A stretch of DNA of 64,000 nt from Candidatus Magasanikiibacteriota bacterium (GTDB taxonomy: Bacteria; Patescibacteriota; Patescibacteriia; Magasanikbacterales; GWA2-37-8). Below are positions 10,167 through 18,225 of this stretch, in pieces. The notes under the pieces are model-generated. The model had not been told where the DNA came from and searched no databases. It saw nothing but the letters and a program-made list of their open reading frames with translations. Both the position numbers and the translations under genes were made by a program. How positions within the stretch are numbered: the first letter of the stretch is position 1; every line of letters begins with the position of its first letter. Location: positions 14,722 through 78,721 of the forward strand of contig JBKJTY010000035.1 of assembly GCA_046590235.1 (NCBI GenBank). The letters are read 5' to 3'.

Positions 10167-11603
10167 ATGTTCAAGCATACCAAAATTGGTGCGACAATTG
10201 GTCCGTCATGTGAAAGCATGGCTACTTTAGAGCAAATGGTTAAAGCGGGCATGAATTTTGCTCGACTTAATTTTGCGCATGGCACCTACGAATCACACGC
10301 TGTACTCATTAAAAGTATTCGTGCAGTAGAGAAGAAAACAGGGGAGCCTATAGCTATTCTTCAAGATCTTCAAGGACCGCGTATTCGCATTGGTGCCCTT
10401 CCGGACGCTGGTGTTGATGTAAAAAAAGGGGAAGTGATTGCTTTTAATACCAAAAATACAAAATATAATGGGAAACACATTCCAGTCGATCATCGTGAAT
10501 TACATAAGTTTATCAAAAAAGGACATCGTATTTTAATTGATGACGGTCGTATTGAATGTGAGGTGACAAAGGTTGCGGGCACGGTCGTCACAGCAGAAGT
10601 AACTCAGGAAGGTGTTATCAAATCCCATAAAGGCATCAACCTTCCAGACAGTAAATTAAAGATTCCTGCTCTTAGTGATAAAGATAAATCTGATTTACAA
10701 TTCGGTGTTATTGCAGGGGTTGATATGATAGGTTTATCTTTTGTTAGTACGGCAAAAGATATTAAGGACGTCAGAAAATTAATTGCCAAGTTTTCCAAAG
10801 AAGAAAAGATTGATATCCAGCCAATCGCAATCATTGCCAAGATCGAACGCGTTGAAGCGGTTAAAAATATTAAATCAATTATTGCTGAAGCTGACGGTAT
10901 CATGGTTGCTCGTGGTGATTTAGGTTTAGAGCTTCCAACCGGCGAAGTACCAATTATTCAAAAAAGAATTATTGAAGAATGTAACCGCCAAGCAAAACCA
11001 GTAATGGTAGCGACGCAGCTCCTCAATTCCATGCAGACCAGCAAACGTCCAACCCGTGCTGAAGCGAGTGATGTTGCAAATGCGGTTATTGATCACGCTG
11101 ACGCATTACTTCTTACAAATGAAACAGCTAGCGGTGACTACCCGGTGTTAGCTGTCGCAACAATGTCCTCGATCATCTTTAGTACCGAAAGTTCTGTTTA
11201 TGATGATTTAGCACACGCACCACTCCATAAAAAAGGTCTTCCAATTGATGAGGCTATAGTTGATATGGTAAAACTTCTCACCGATGAAGTTAAGGCCCAT
11301 GTAATCCTCGGCGCAACCAAAACCGGCCTATCCGCTCGCCTCCTCAGTCACGTCCGCCCAGCACTGCCACTAGTAATCGCCACCGATCGTGAAATCATCT
11401 GGCGACAAATAAATATCTCCTGGGGTGTTAAACCAATCCTTTTAAGAGAGCTTCCGGTCAGTAGCGAGCGATTTCTCAAGCTAGCAGAAGACTACCTCCG
11501 CACCAACAAACAAATTAAAACCGGACAAAAACTCGTTGTCGTCCTCGGTGAACCAGTCGGCGAAGCAGGCAGAGTCAACATGGTAGAACTTATAACAGTC
11601 TAA
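10167..11603 (+). CDS. pyk: Pyruvate kinase
   Basis: TKIGATIGP, ARLNFAHG, IAKIER, DGIMVARGDLG, PTRAEASDVANAV. Confidence 0.97.
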   Translation: MFKHTKIGATIGPSCESMATLEQMVKAGMNFARLNFAHGTYESHAVLIKSIRAVEKKTGEPIAILQDLQGPRIRIGALPDAGVDVKKGEVIAFNTKNTKYNGKHIPVDHRELHKFIKKGHRILIDDGRIECEVTKVAGTVVTAEVTQEGVIKSHKGINLPDSKLKIPALSDKDKSDLQFGVIAGVDMIGLSFVSTAKDIKDVRKLIAKFSKEEKIDIQPIAIIAKIERVEAVKNIKSIIAEADGIMVARGDLGLELPTGEVPIIQKRIIEECNRQAKPVMVATQLLNSMQTSKRPTRAEASDVANAVIDHADALLLTNETASGDYPVLAVATMSSIIFSTESSVYDDLAHAPLHKKGLPIDEAIVDMVKLLTDEVKAHVILGATKTGLSARLLSHVRPALPLVIATDREIIWRQINISWGVKPILLRELPVSSERFLKLAEDYLRTNKQIKTGQKLVVVLGEPVGEAGRVNMVELITV

Positions 11604-11627
11604 AAAACCAGCCGCTCGGCTGGTTTT
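11604..11627. terminator. Intrinsic terminator after pyk
   Basis: AAAACCAGCC-GCTC-GGCTGGTTTT hairpin immediately after the stop. Confidence 0.75.
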
Positions 11628-11860
11628 GTCATTCACAATAAAATGTCATTCAGAGCGAAGCGTGGAATCTTCCTATTGTTCAATCTACCATTTTTACTTC
11701 ACTATCGTTCTTTTATTCTCTTACTGTTGCACAGTTTGCTTGTCACTTTCTTTATAACTAAAGGAAGGTAACCCCTGCCTGCCGGCAGGCAGGAAAGAAA
11801 GTTTCGGGGGAAAGTAAAACTCGGCTGCGGCCTCAAACAGTTACTTTCCCCCGAACCCCC
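11627..11860. repeat. Dispersed ~200-230 bp structured repeat, copy A
   Basis: Aligns by eye with 21661-21866 along its whole length; starts with a TGTCATTCAGAGCGAAGCGTGGAATCT REP-like palindrome. Confidence 0.85.
11774..11793. repeat. 20-bp perfect palindrome CCTGCCTGCCGGCAGGCAGG, copy 1
   Basis: Identical to 19211-19230; absent from the matching position of repeat copy B. Confidence 0.9.
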
Positions 11861-11873
11861 TAGCGAGTGATTA

Positions 11874-13118
11874 TTAAAGAGTTGGGTAAAGAGGAAATTT
11901 CTTTGTTAACTCCTTAACAGAATTACGGATGTCGAGAAGTTTTGCTTCGTCTTTTGAATTCATAATAGTTTCATCAATCCAAGCTGCAACTAATTCCATC
12001 TCAGCTTCCTTCATGCCACGCGTAGTAAGTGCTGGAGTACCCAAGCGAATACCTGAAGGATCCATTGGAGAACGAGGATCATCTGGAATCATATTCTTAT
12101 TAACCGTAATGCCAGCCTTATCAAGTGCAACCTGCGCTTCTTTTCCAGAAAGACCTTTTTTTGTTACATCAATTAAGAGAAGGTGGTTATCAGTGCCACC
12201 ATGGCAAAGCGCATAACCTTTAGCGCGAAATACATTTTCTAAAACCTTCGCATTTTTCTTAATTTGCAAAGCGTATTCTTTAAACGCTGGCTCAAGGGCT
12301 TCCTTGAAGGATACAGCTTTAGCCGCAATATTGTTTTCGTGTGGACCACCCTGAAGGCCTGGGAAAACAGACTTATCAATCGCTGCTGCATGAATTTTTT
12401 TGCACATAATCATGCCACCTCGAGGCCCACGAAGGGTTTTGTGGGTGGTTGTAGTGACAACATCAAAGAGGGGAACCGGATTGTTCATTTGTCCACCGGC
12501 AATGAGGCCGGCAATGTGGGCGATGTCAGCCATAGTGAGCGCGCCAACTTCGTCAGCAATCTTTTTAATCGCTTCGTATTCAATTTCGCGAGAATAAGCA
12601 GAGTAACCAACTAAGATCATTTTTGGTTTGTGCTCGAGTGCCATTGCGCGAAGGTTGTCGAGGTCAATCTTGCCTTCAGCGTTTGTCTTATAACGGATAA
12701 AGTTAAAAATCTTGGCCATCGCTGTGACCGGGTGGCCGTGGGTCAAATGTCCGCCGTGGGACAAGTCCATACCAAGCACAGTGTCGCCCGGCTTCAAAAG
12801 TGCAAAGTAAACAGCAATATTAGCAGGAGCGCCCGAGAGAGGTTGCACATTCACGTGTTCAGCACCAAAAAGTTCCTTCGCACGATCAATTGCGAGCTGT
12901 TCCACTTGGTCAATATATTCGCAACCACCATAATACCGTTTGCCAACGTAACCTTCAGAATACTTGTTAGTCAAAACAGAACCAAGTGCTTCAAGAACAG
13001 CAGGGGAGACAAAGTTCTCTGATGGAATCATCTCCAAACCTTCTTCCTGGCGCTCCTGTTCGAGTTTAATACTTTTTAAAACGTCTGGGTCAAATTCTTT
13101 TAATGTTTGGGTGTGCAT
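11874..13118 (-). CDS. glyA: Serine hydroxymethyltransferase
   Basis: [33 protein letters not shown] (PLP lysine). Confidence 0.98.
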   Translation of the reverse strand: MHTQTLKEFDPDVLKSIKLEQERQEEGLEMIPSENFVSPAVLEALGSVLTNKYSEGYVGKRYYGGCEYIDQVEQLAIDRAKELFGAEHVNVQPLSGAPANIAVYFALLKPGDTVLGMDLSHGGHLTHGHPVTAMAKIFNFIRYKTNAEGKIDLDNLRAMALEHKPKMILVGYSAYSREIEYEAIKKIADEVGALTMADIAHIAGLIAGGQMNNPVPLFDVVTTTTHKTLRGPRGGMIMCKKIHAAAIDKSVFPGLQGGPHENNIAAKAVSFKEALEPAFKEYALQIKKNAKVLENVFRAKGYALCHGGTDNHLLLIDVTKKGLSGKEAQVALDKAGITVNKNMIPDDPRSPMDPSGIRLGTPALTTRGMKEAEMELVAAWIDETIMNSKDEAKLLDIRNSVKELTKKFPLYPTL

Positions 13119-13246
13119 AAAAAATAACCACTGAATAAAGCCTCCACAGATAGTGCGAATTAAATCATACCGATGTACCTTTAGAATGGGATTATAGTAA
13201 CACTAACTTTGGTGGGATGCAAGGATATAAAAAAGTAGCTGGAAAG

Positions 13247-14902
13247 CTACTTTTTTAATGTTTTAACCATATAAGTCTTCTCGAGTTTGTAGCCCCATTT
13301 GCGGTAATAACCACGAACGCCCACACCCGATATAACTGCCAGTTTATCAACTTTACTTTTCTTAACAATTTTTTCCGCCTGCAACACCAACTTTCTTCCT
13401 AAACCTTTATGCTGTGTAGATTCTTTCTGCTGCTTGCCGATACGCACTAGCTGGCCATAAGTATGAAGCTCGCGAATATACGCGCCATATGAGTTTAACT
13501 TTTTATTAGGATGGATAACTGGAACGGTAACTACACGCAAGCGACAGAAAGCAAACACTACTTGGCGCTTCTTATCTTCGTAGCTAATAAAATATTCAAT
13601 ACCACCACGAGTTTCGTATTCATCAATAAACAAAACCGGTTCGAGTTGTTTTGCTGTCCAACCGTCAGTATTCACGTGTCCGATTTCACGACAGCGCAAA
13701 CATTTGCACGTAGTACCATCTTTCTTCATTTCCATTTCAATTACTTGGCGAAGGTTGGTGACCTTGTTACCTTCTTCAATGTATTGGCCTGGAATATCAC
13801 GGATCAAGCGTGAGACACGGGAATAGCGAGGGAGGTGGCTTTTAAATGTTTTGATAATATCGATCAAGTCACGAGTTGGATATGCTTTGTATTTACCCTG
13901 CATAAACAAGTCGTACAATTCAGAACCCTTCACGACCGTGCAGGGGTAAATCTTAATCATATCTGGTTTAAATCCTGGATCAGTAAAAATACTTTCCATC
14001 ATCTCTAAGTCCATTTGCGGAGTAGCACCAGGTAATTGTGGCATCAAATGGAAGTCCACCTTATAGCCATAGTTACGGAGCAATTCAGTTGCTTCACGAG
14101 AACGCTCAGTTGTATGTCCGCGCTTGGTCAATGCTAAAACACGGTCGTCTGTATGCTGGATACCAAGTTCAAGGCGAGTACAGCCTTGTTCGCGCATCTG
14201 CCAAATAGTATGTTTGTTAATACAATCCGGGCGAGTTTCCAAGGTCAGGCCAATAATACGGTGTTTCGCACCTTCATTAAGTCTCTGTTGTTTATATAAT
14301 TCAGCTTTTAATTTTTCGAGCGAAGATGTTTCAGTCAGTTTAGTAAATTTCGGATTCTTTTTTCCGTAGGTATTGCACGCTTCAAATGATCGGAGGATAA
14401 ACCAATATTGGTAGGCGAGGGGATAGGAGTTCCAGGTACCGCCTTTAACAATGAATTCAATTTTATCAGTCGGATGTCCGTTATTTTCGAGCGCTTCAAT
14501 ACGACGGGCCATTTGCTCAAAGGGATCAAAATGTAACATGAGCGCGCGCATCGCGGCAGGCTCTTCAGACAAATAACTTTTCGGCATACGTTCGTCCAAT
14601 GGGCAATAGGTACATTCGCCAGGACATGGATATGGTTTAACTAAAGAAGTAACAATCGTAACACCAGATAATGTTCGGACGGCACGGCGCATTAACATTT
14701 TTTCAAGCGCCTTATTTTGAGTAATTCTTTTCTTCTTCAGCAAGGTATGGTAAACTCTCAAAAGTTCAGTTTTGGTCGGGAAACTCTTCTCACTTTTTAT
14801 ACCAGTCACCGTATCGCGTTTCAGGGTATTAAAAGCAGCCTCGTCTTTCGGGAGTTTAATAGCCGCAGCAAGAATAATTTTTTCAGCATTATGGTTAAGC
14901 AT
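13247..14902 (-). CDS. elp3: Elp3-family tRNA U34 carboxymethyltransferase (radical SAM + KAT)
   Basis: RTLSGVTIV, CPGECTYCP, PKSYLSEEPA, ETRPD, KIYPC, CLRCRE, IRELHTYG, QHKGLG, ISGVGVRGYYRKWGY. Confidence 0.93.
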   Translation of the reverse strand: MLNHNAEKIILAAAIKLPKDEAAFNTLKRDTVTGIKSEKSFPTKTELLRVYHTLLKKKRITQNKALEKMLMRRAVRTLSGVTIVTSLVKPYPCPGECTYCPLDERMPKSYLSEEPAAMRALMLHFDPFEQMARRIEALENNGHPTDKIEFIVKGGTWNSYPLAYQYWFILRSFEACNTYGKKNPKFTKLTETSSLEKLKAELYKQQRLNEGAKHRIIGLTLETRPDCINKHTIWQMREQGCTRLELGIQHTDDRVLALTKRGHTTERSREATELLRNYGYKVDFHLMPQLPGATPQMDLEMMESIFTDPGFKPDMIKIYPCTVVKGSELYDLFMQGKYKAYPTRDLIDIIKTFKSHLPRYSRVSRLIRDIPGQYIEEGNKVTNLRQVIEMEMKKDGTTCKCLRCREIGHVNTDGWTAKQLEPVLFIDEYETRGGIEYFISYEDKKRQVVFAFCRLRVVTVPVIHPNKKLNSYGAYIRELHTYGQLVRIGKQQKESTQHKGLGRKLVLQAEKIVKKSKVDKLAVISGVGVRGYYRKWGYKLEKTYMVKTLKK

Positions 14903-15598
14903 AAAGGCCTCGACATTATACAGAAAACACGGGATGACTACAACACGATTGCCGAGTCATTTTCCGATACCCGCCAACATGCGGGTGAACTGGTGCAGTT
15001 TAGACCATTTTTGGCTGAAGGTCAATACATCCTGGATTGGGGCTGTGGCAATGGCCGGCTATTGTACTTATTAAAAGATTTCGATATTCACTACTTCGGC
15101 GTTGACCAAAGCCAAGGACTTTTGAAGCAGGCTAAGAAAAACCCGCTTGTGGAGTTCCAAGATGCTAAGTTTTTTTGCACTGCGCACAAAGATAAAAAGT
15201 TTGATAACGATTACTTCGACCTCGTTTTCATGATCGCATCATTCCATCATTTACCTGATGAAAAAACTCGCCTCGCACAGCTCAAAAAGACTTTTAAAGA
15301 AATGAAGTCCGGCGCACGAATTATTATGGTTAATTGGAACCTAGAAAGCGACTGGGCTAAAGCAAAATTTAAAAAAGATTGGGAAAAAATTGATGAAAAT
15401 GATTTCTTAATCCCATGGAAAAGTAAGGATGGCGCAATCATCGTTCAGCGCTATTATCACCACTTTGAAAAACAAGAAATCGAAGATTTAGTAACAAAAA
15501 TCGGTTTCACTATTGAGAAACTGGCATTTGCTACAAATGGAGAGTGGAGTGATAAGAAAGCCGGTAAAAACCTCGTTTTAATCGCTAAAAAGCCCTAG
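14891..15598 (+). CDS. Class I SAM methyltransferase, Trm9/ALKBH8-like
   Basis: YNTIAESFSDTR, LDWGCGNGR, IASFHHL, DFLIPW and RYYHHF match Trm9/ALKBH8 methyltransferase motifs as I recall them; ATG 14891 is the plausible start. Confidence 0.75.
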   Translation: MVKHKGLDIIQKTRDDYNTIAESFSDTRQHAGELVQFRPFLAEGQYILDWGCGNGRLLYLLKDFDIHYFGVDQSQGLLKQAKKNPLVEFQDAKFFCTAHKDKKFDNDYFDLVFMIASFHHLPDEKTRLAQLKKTFKEMKSGARIIMVNWNLESDWAKAKFKKDWEKIDENDFLIPWKSKDGAIIVQRYYHHFEKQEIEDLVTKIGFTIEKLAFATNGEWSDKKAGKNLVLIAKKP

Positions 15599-15610
15599 TA
15601 TAGCGACTGC

Positions 15611-15653
15611 TGTGGATAATTGCATTGACCTTAGGCAAAAATAGGACTATACT
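15611..15653 (+). promoter_or_regulatory. Sigma70-type promoter with adjacent DnaA box
   Basis: TGTGGATAA (15611-15619, reverse of TTATCCACA); TTGACC (15625-15630), 17 nt, TATACT (15648-15653). Confidence 0.7.
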
Positions 15654-15667
15654 CGTTCAATAGTTAT

Positions 15668-15775
15668 ATGAATCATATTCAATCCTACAATTTGTGCGCA
15701 ATGAAGAAGTTGGTTATTACCACCTCTATTGTCGTGCGTTTTGATAGCCAGGGTGAATATGGTCTTCGTGCATAA
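15668..15775 (+). CDS. Putative attenuator leader peptide (35 aa; alternative ATG at 15701)
   Basis: MNHIQSYNLCAMKKLVITTSIVVRFDSQGEYGLRA*, between the promoter and a terminator; contains the anti-terminator strand. Confidence 0.55.
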   Translation: MNHIQSYNLCAMKKLVITTSIVVRFDSQGEYGLRA

Positions 15776-15829
15776 ACAAGTGCATCAATCCATCCTTTCA
15801 CCCTGAACTACCAAGTTCGGGGCTTTTTT
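15749..15829 (+). promoter_or_regulatory. Terminator/anti-terminator switch
   Basis: Terminator CCCTGAACT-ACCA-AGTTCGGGG-C-T6 (15801-15829); CAGGGTGAA (15749-15757) is exactly complementary to TTCACCCTG (15797-15805), which overlaps the terminator 5' arm. Confidence 0.7.
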
Positions 15830-15936
15830 ATGAGAGGGGTGTAACGTCGTTTGGAGCAGCCAGTTTTAAGAGAGATTGGCTGATCCAAAGGATCCAGTTC
15901 GCTATATCGGCGACTGTCACACGGCAGGAGTCTCAG

Positions 15937-16233
15937 ATGAACATCGATCGGCACATGGAAGGCATTCGCACTAGGAGCGACATCGAGAAGGAGCGCAAGC
16001 AGAAGGAGCGCGAGAAGCTCGAGGACAGCGTCAAGCTGTCGATGTGGATCGGGAACAACCAGAAGGCCAGGGGAGTTTTGCAGCTCCCGTCGGACATCAA
16101 CGTCCTTCCGGGCTGCGGCTGCGAGAAGAAGGACCAGATCGGCAAGAAGGGGTTCTCGATGACTCGCCTCAACGTGAGCCTGCCCTGGGAACACTACCGG
16201 TGCCCGAAGAAGGCTAAGAAGGGTAACGCCTAG
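15937..16233 (+). CDS. Basic orphan protein (98 aa)
   Basis: AGGAG SD at 15926-15930; GC3-rich codons; CGC and HYRC residues. Confidence 0.75.
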   Translation: MNIDRHMEGIRTRSDIEKERKQKEREKLEDSVKLSMWIGNNQKARGVLQLPSDINVLPGCGCEKKDQIGKKGFSMTRLNVSLPWEHYRCPKKAKKGNA

Positions 16234-16315
16234 TTTCCGAAGCTGCTGCCGTGCGGAGGGAGGCGGTCCATATATTTCGACGAACAGTCGAATACATGGC
16301 CGCCCCCTCCGAGCC

Positions 16316-16379
16316 TCTATTCTTTCCTTAGTAAGGAAACTGATGAGTCCCTGATAGTTATGAAGAGGACGAAAATAGA
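16316..16379 (+). ncRNA. Type III hammerhead ribozyme
   Basis: Stem III TCTAT-T/A-ATAGA, cleavage triplet UUC (C16322), stem I TTTCCT/AGGAAA, core CTGATGA (16340-16346), stem II GTCC/GGAC, GAAA (16371-16374). Confidence 0.9.
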
Positions 16380-16477
16380 AGTGTAATCATATAGATCAGT
16401 GAGTTGTTGTATGACGATTGACTGATCTACATGATTTTGCACTTTCACCGGCCACACGGCCGCATTGGAGGCAGCAC

Positions 16478-16657
16478 ATGTGTGAGGCAAAGGATGGTTC
16501 GTTTAGTGGCGTTTCCACACAGAGCGATCTTTCGCCTGAAGACCAGGCTGAACTCGCTAAGCTCGTTACGCCAACATCGGTCACACCGGTCAAGCCGCGC
16601 GAGCTCATCGATGCGCGCAAGCAGTGCTCGGAGCGCACGAAGCCGCCGATCTGGTAG
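16478..16657 (+). CDS. Small orphan protein (59 aa)
   Basis: GGAGG SD at 16467-16471 before ATG 16478; MCEAKDG...KPPIW; strong hairpin follows the stop. Confidence 0.6.
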   Translation: MCEAKDGSFSGVSTQSDLSPEDQAELAKLVTPTSVTPVKPRELIDARKQCSERTKPPIW

Positions 16658-16804
16658 TTCTTTTTTCCTCCCGGTCGGCCAGGTATGTGTACCTGGCCGA
16701 CCGCGGAGTTCAATCTGAACGATAAGCTATTTTTAAAAAATGGTTTACCGGTCCGATTGACCTACGACTACCATACCGGTGGTCTAAACAAAGGAGTAGT
16801 TCGC

Positions 16805-17194
16805 ATGAGCCGGCCGTTCAAGGTCTTTGGTGCGCTGAGCAGTGAAGGCCTCAAGTTTCTCGAGGAGTTCTTCGAGGGAGGAAAGGAGGAGTTCGAGCAG
16901 TCGCTGGCGTTGGTCCTCGACAAGGGCCATCTCAACCTGAAGAAGGGTGTGCGGATCGAGATCCAGATCCCGCTGATCGTCTTCACTTTGAAGGCGAGCG
17001 CGCAGACGAAGCTCGAGGGCATGTCGCTCGTGAGCGACTCGCTCGTCGAGGTCGCAAAGACCGAAAAGGGGAAGGAAAAGTTTTTCGTCTTCGAGCGCTT
17101 TAAGCTCGTTGAGAAGTACCCCGCCGCCAAGACGCCCCAGCTCGCGATCGTTCCGACCGAGGCGGAAGCTGGCGTCGCCGAAACGGCCGCCTAA
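16805..17194 (+). CDS. Orphan protein (129 aa)
   Basis: AAGGAG SD at 16791-16796; strongly GC3-biased codons; followed by a 12-bp hairpin at 17214-17247. Confidence 0.8.
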   Translation: MSRPFKVFGALSSEGLKFLEEFFEGGKEEFEQSLALVLDKGHLNLKKGVRIEIQIPLIVFTLKASAQTKLEGMSLVSDSLVEVAKTEKGKEKFFVFERFKLVEKYPAAKTPQLAIVPTEAEAGVAETAA

Positions 17195-17315
17195 CGGTGG
17201 TCACAACACAATAGGGGATGGTAGCAGCTACGCTGGCTACCATCCCCGAACCTTATTCTTATTTTGTTAACGTCCATCACGGCCGTTTTTTTATTTTTTA
17301 TGGTATAATAAAGCC

Positions 17316-18224
17316 ATGACACTTTCCATCATCCTAGCCGCCATCGGTTTTTCCCTCCTAGCGATCGTCACCATCCTCGATAAGTTTATTGTCTCCAACG
17401 AAAAAGTTTCACCGTTGGTCTTTGTTTTTTATTCTACTATAATTGCACTACCACTCGTTCTTATTACACCGTTCGCAGAACCGCTCGCCACTACGCGTCT
17501 CTGGATTTTTGCCGGTGTCAGTGGTACGAGTTACGCAATAGCGCTTTATACATTGTATAAAGGTTTTCAAGCTAGCGAAGTAAGTCATGTCGGGCCGCTA
17601 GTCGGTGCGATGGTACCAATTTTTACAATTCTTCTCAGCACATTTTTTGCTCCTGAAATATTTTCACAAAATCAAATGTTTGGGATCGGCTTACTCGTAT
17701 TTGGTTCTCTGATTATTTCAATTGAGAATGATAAACATTTTTTTGGTTGGCATGAAAGCATGTTGTGGGGAGTGGTAGCAGCATTTTTCTTTGCACTTTT
17801 TTATACGACGGCAAAACCAGTCTACGATGGTGCAGGTTTTTATCCGGGTTTTGTTTGGGTTTGGTTGCCAATGGGGCTGTGGGGAATCGCGCTACTCGTA
17901 TTTTCTAAAGCAGTTCGCAAGCATGTTTTTACAAAACGAAAAAAACAAGCAGCTACAAATCATAAAGACACACTTATTATTATTTCCAATAAAGTTGCGG
18001 CCTTCGCGGCTGTCGGTCTGACACAATACGCTGTCTCGATTGGGAGTGTAACGATCGTGAATGCGCTCACCGGTTTACAATATGCAGTACTTGTAACATT
18101 AGTTGGTGTCTTATCTCATTTTAAACCAAAATTATTTAAAGAAGAGTATACACATGGTGAGGTGTTGCAAGAAACACTTGCGGTACTACTTATAATCGCT
18201 GGTTTAGCTTTGTTATTGGTTTAG
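17316..18224 (+). CDS. EamA/DMT family transporter
   Basis: About 10 hydrophobic segments in two repeats; LDKF, EVSHVGPL and GSVTIVNAL motifs. Confidence 0.85.
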   Translation: MTLSIILAAIGFSLLAIVTILDKFIVSNEKVSPLVFVFYSTIIALPLVLITPFAEPLATTRLWIFAGVSGTSYAIALYTLYKGFQASEVSHVGPLVGAMVPIFTILLSTFFAPEIFSQNQMFGIGLLVFGSLIISIENDKHFFGWHESMLWGVVAAFFFALFYTTAKPVYDGAGFYPGFVWVWLPMGLWGIALLVFSKAVRKHVFTKRKKQAATNHKDTLIIISNKVAAFAAVGLTQYAVSIGSVTIVNALTGLQYAVLVTLVGVLSHFKPKLFKEEYTHGEVLQETLAVLLIIAGLALLLV

Positions 18225-18225
18225 T

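Noticed and set aside
13119-13246. ZTP or THF riboswitch upstream of glyA
   Set aside because: The leader is short and AT-rich; I could not find the conserved motifs or pairings.
14717-14890. Long N-terminal extension of the methyltransferase from the ORF track
   Set aside because: It is antisense to conserved Elp3 sequence; family-like motifs begin only after ATG 14891.
16379-16444. Integron attC site
   Set aside because: It is a long imperfect hairpin but lacks RYYYAAC...GTTRRRY ends, and no intI is visible.
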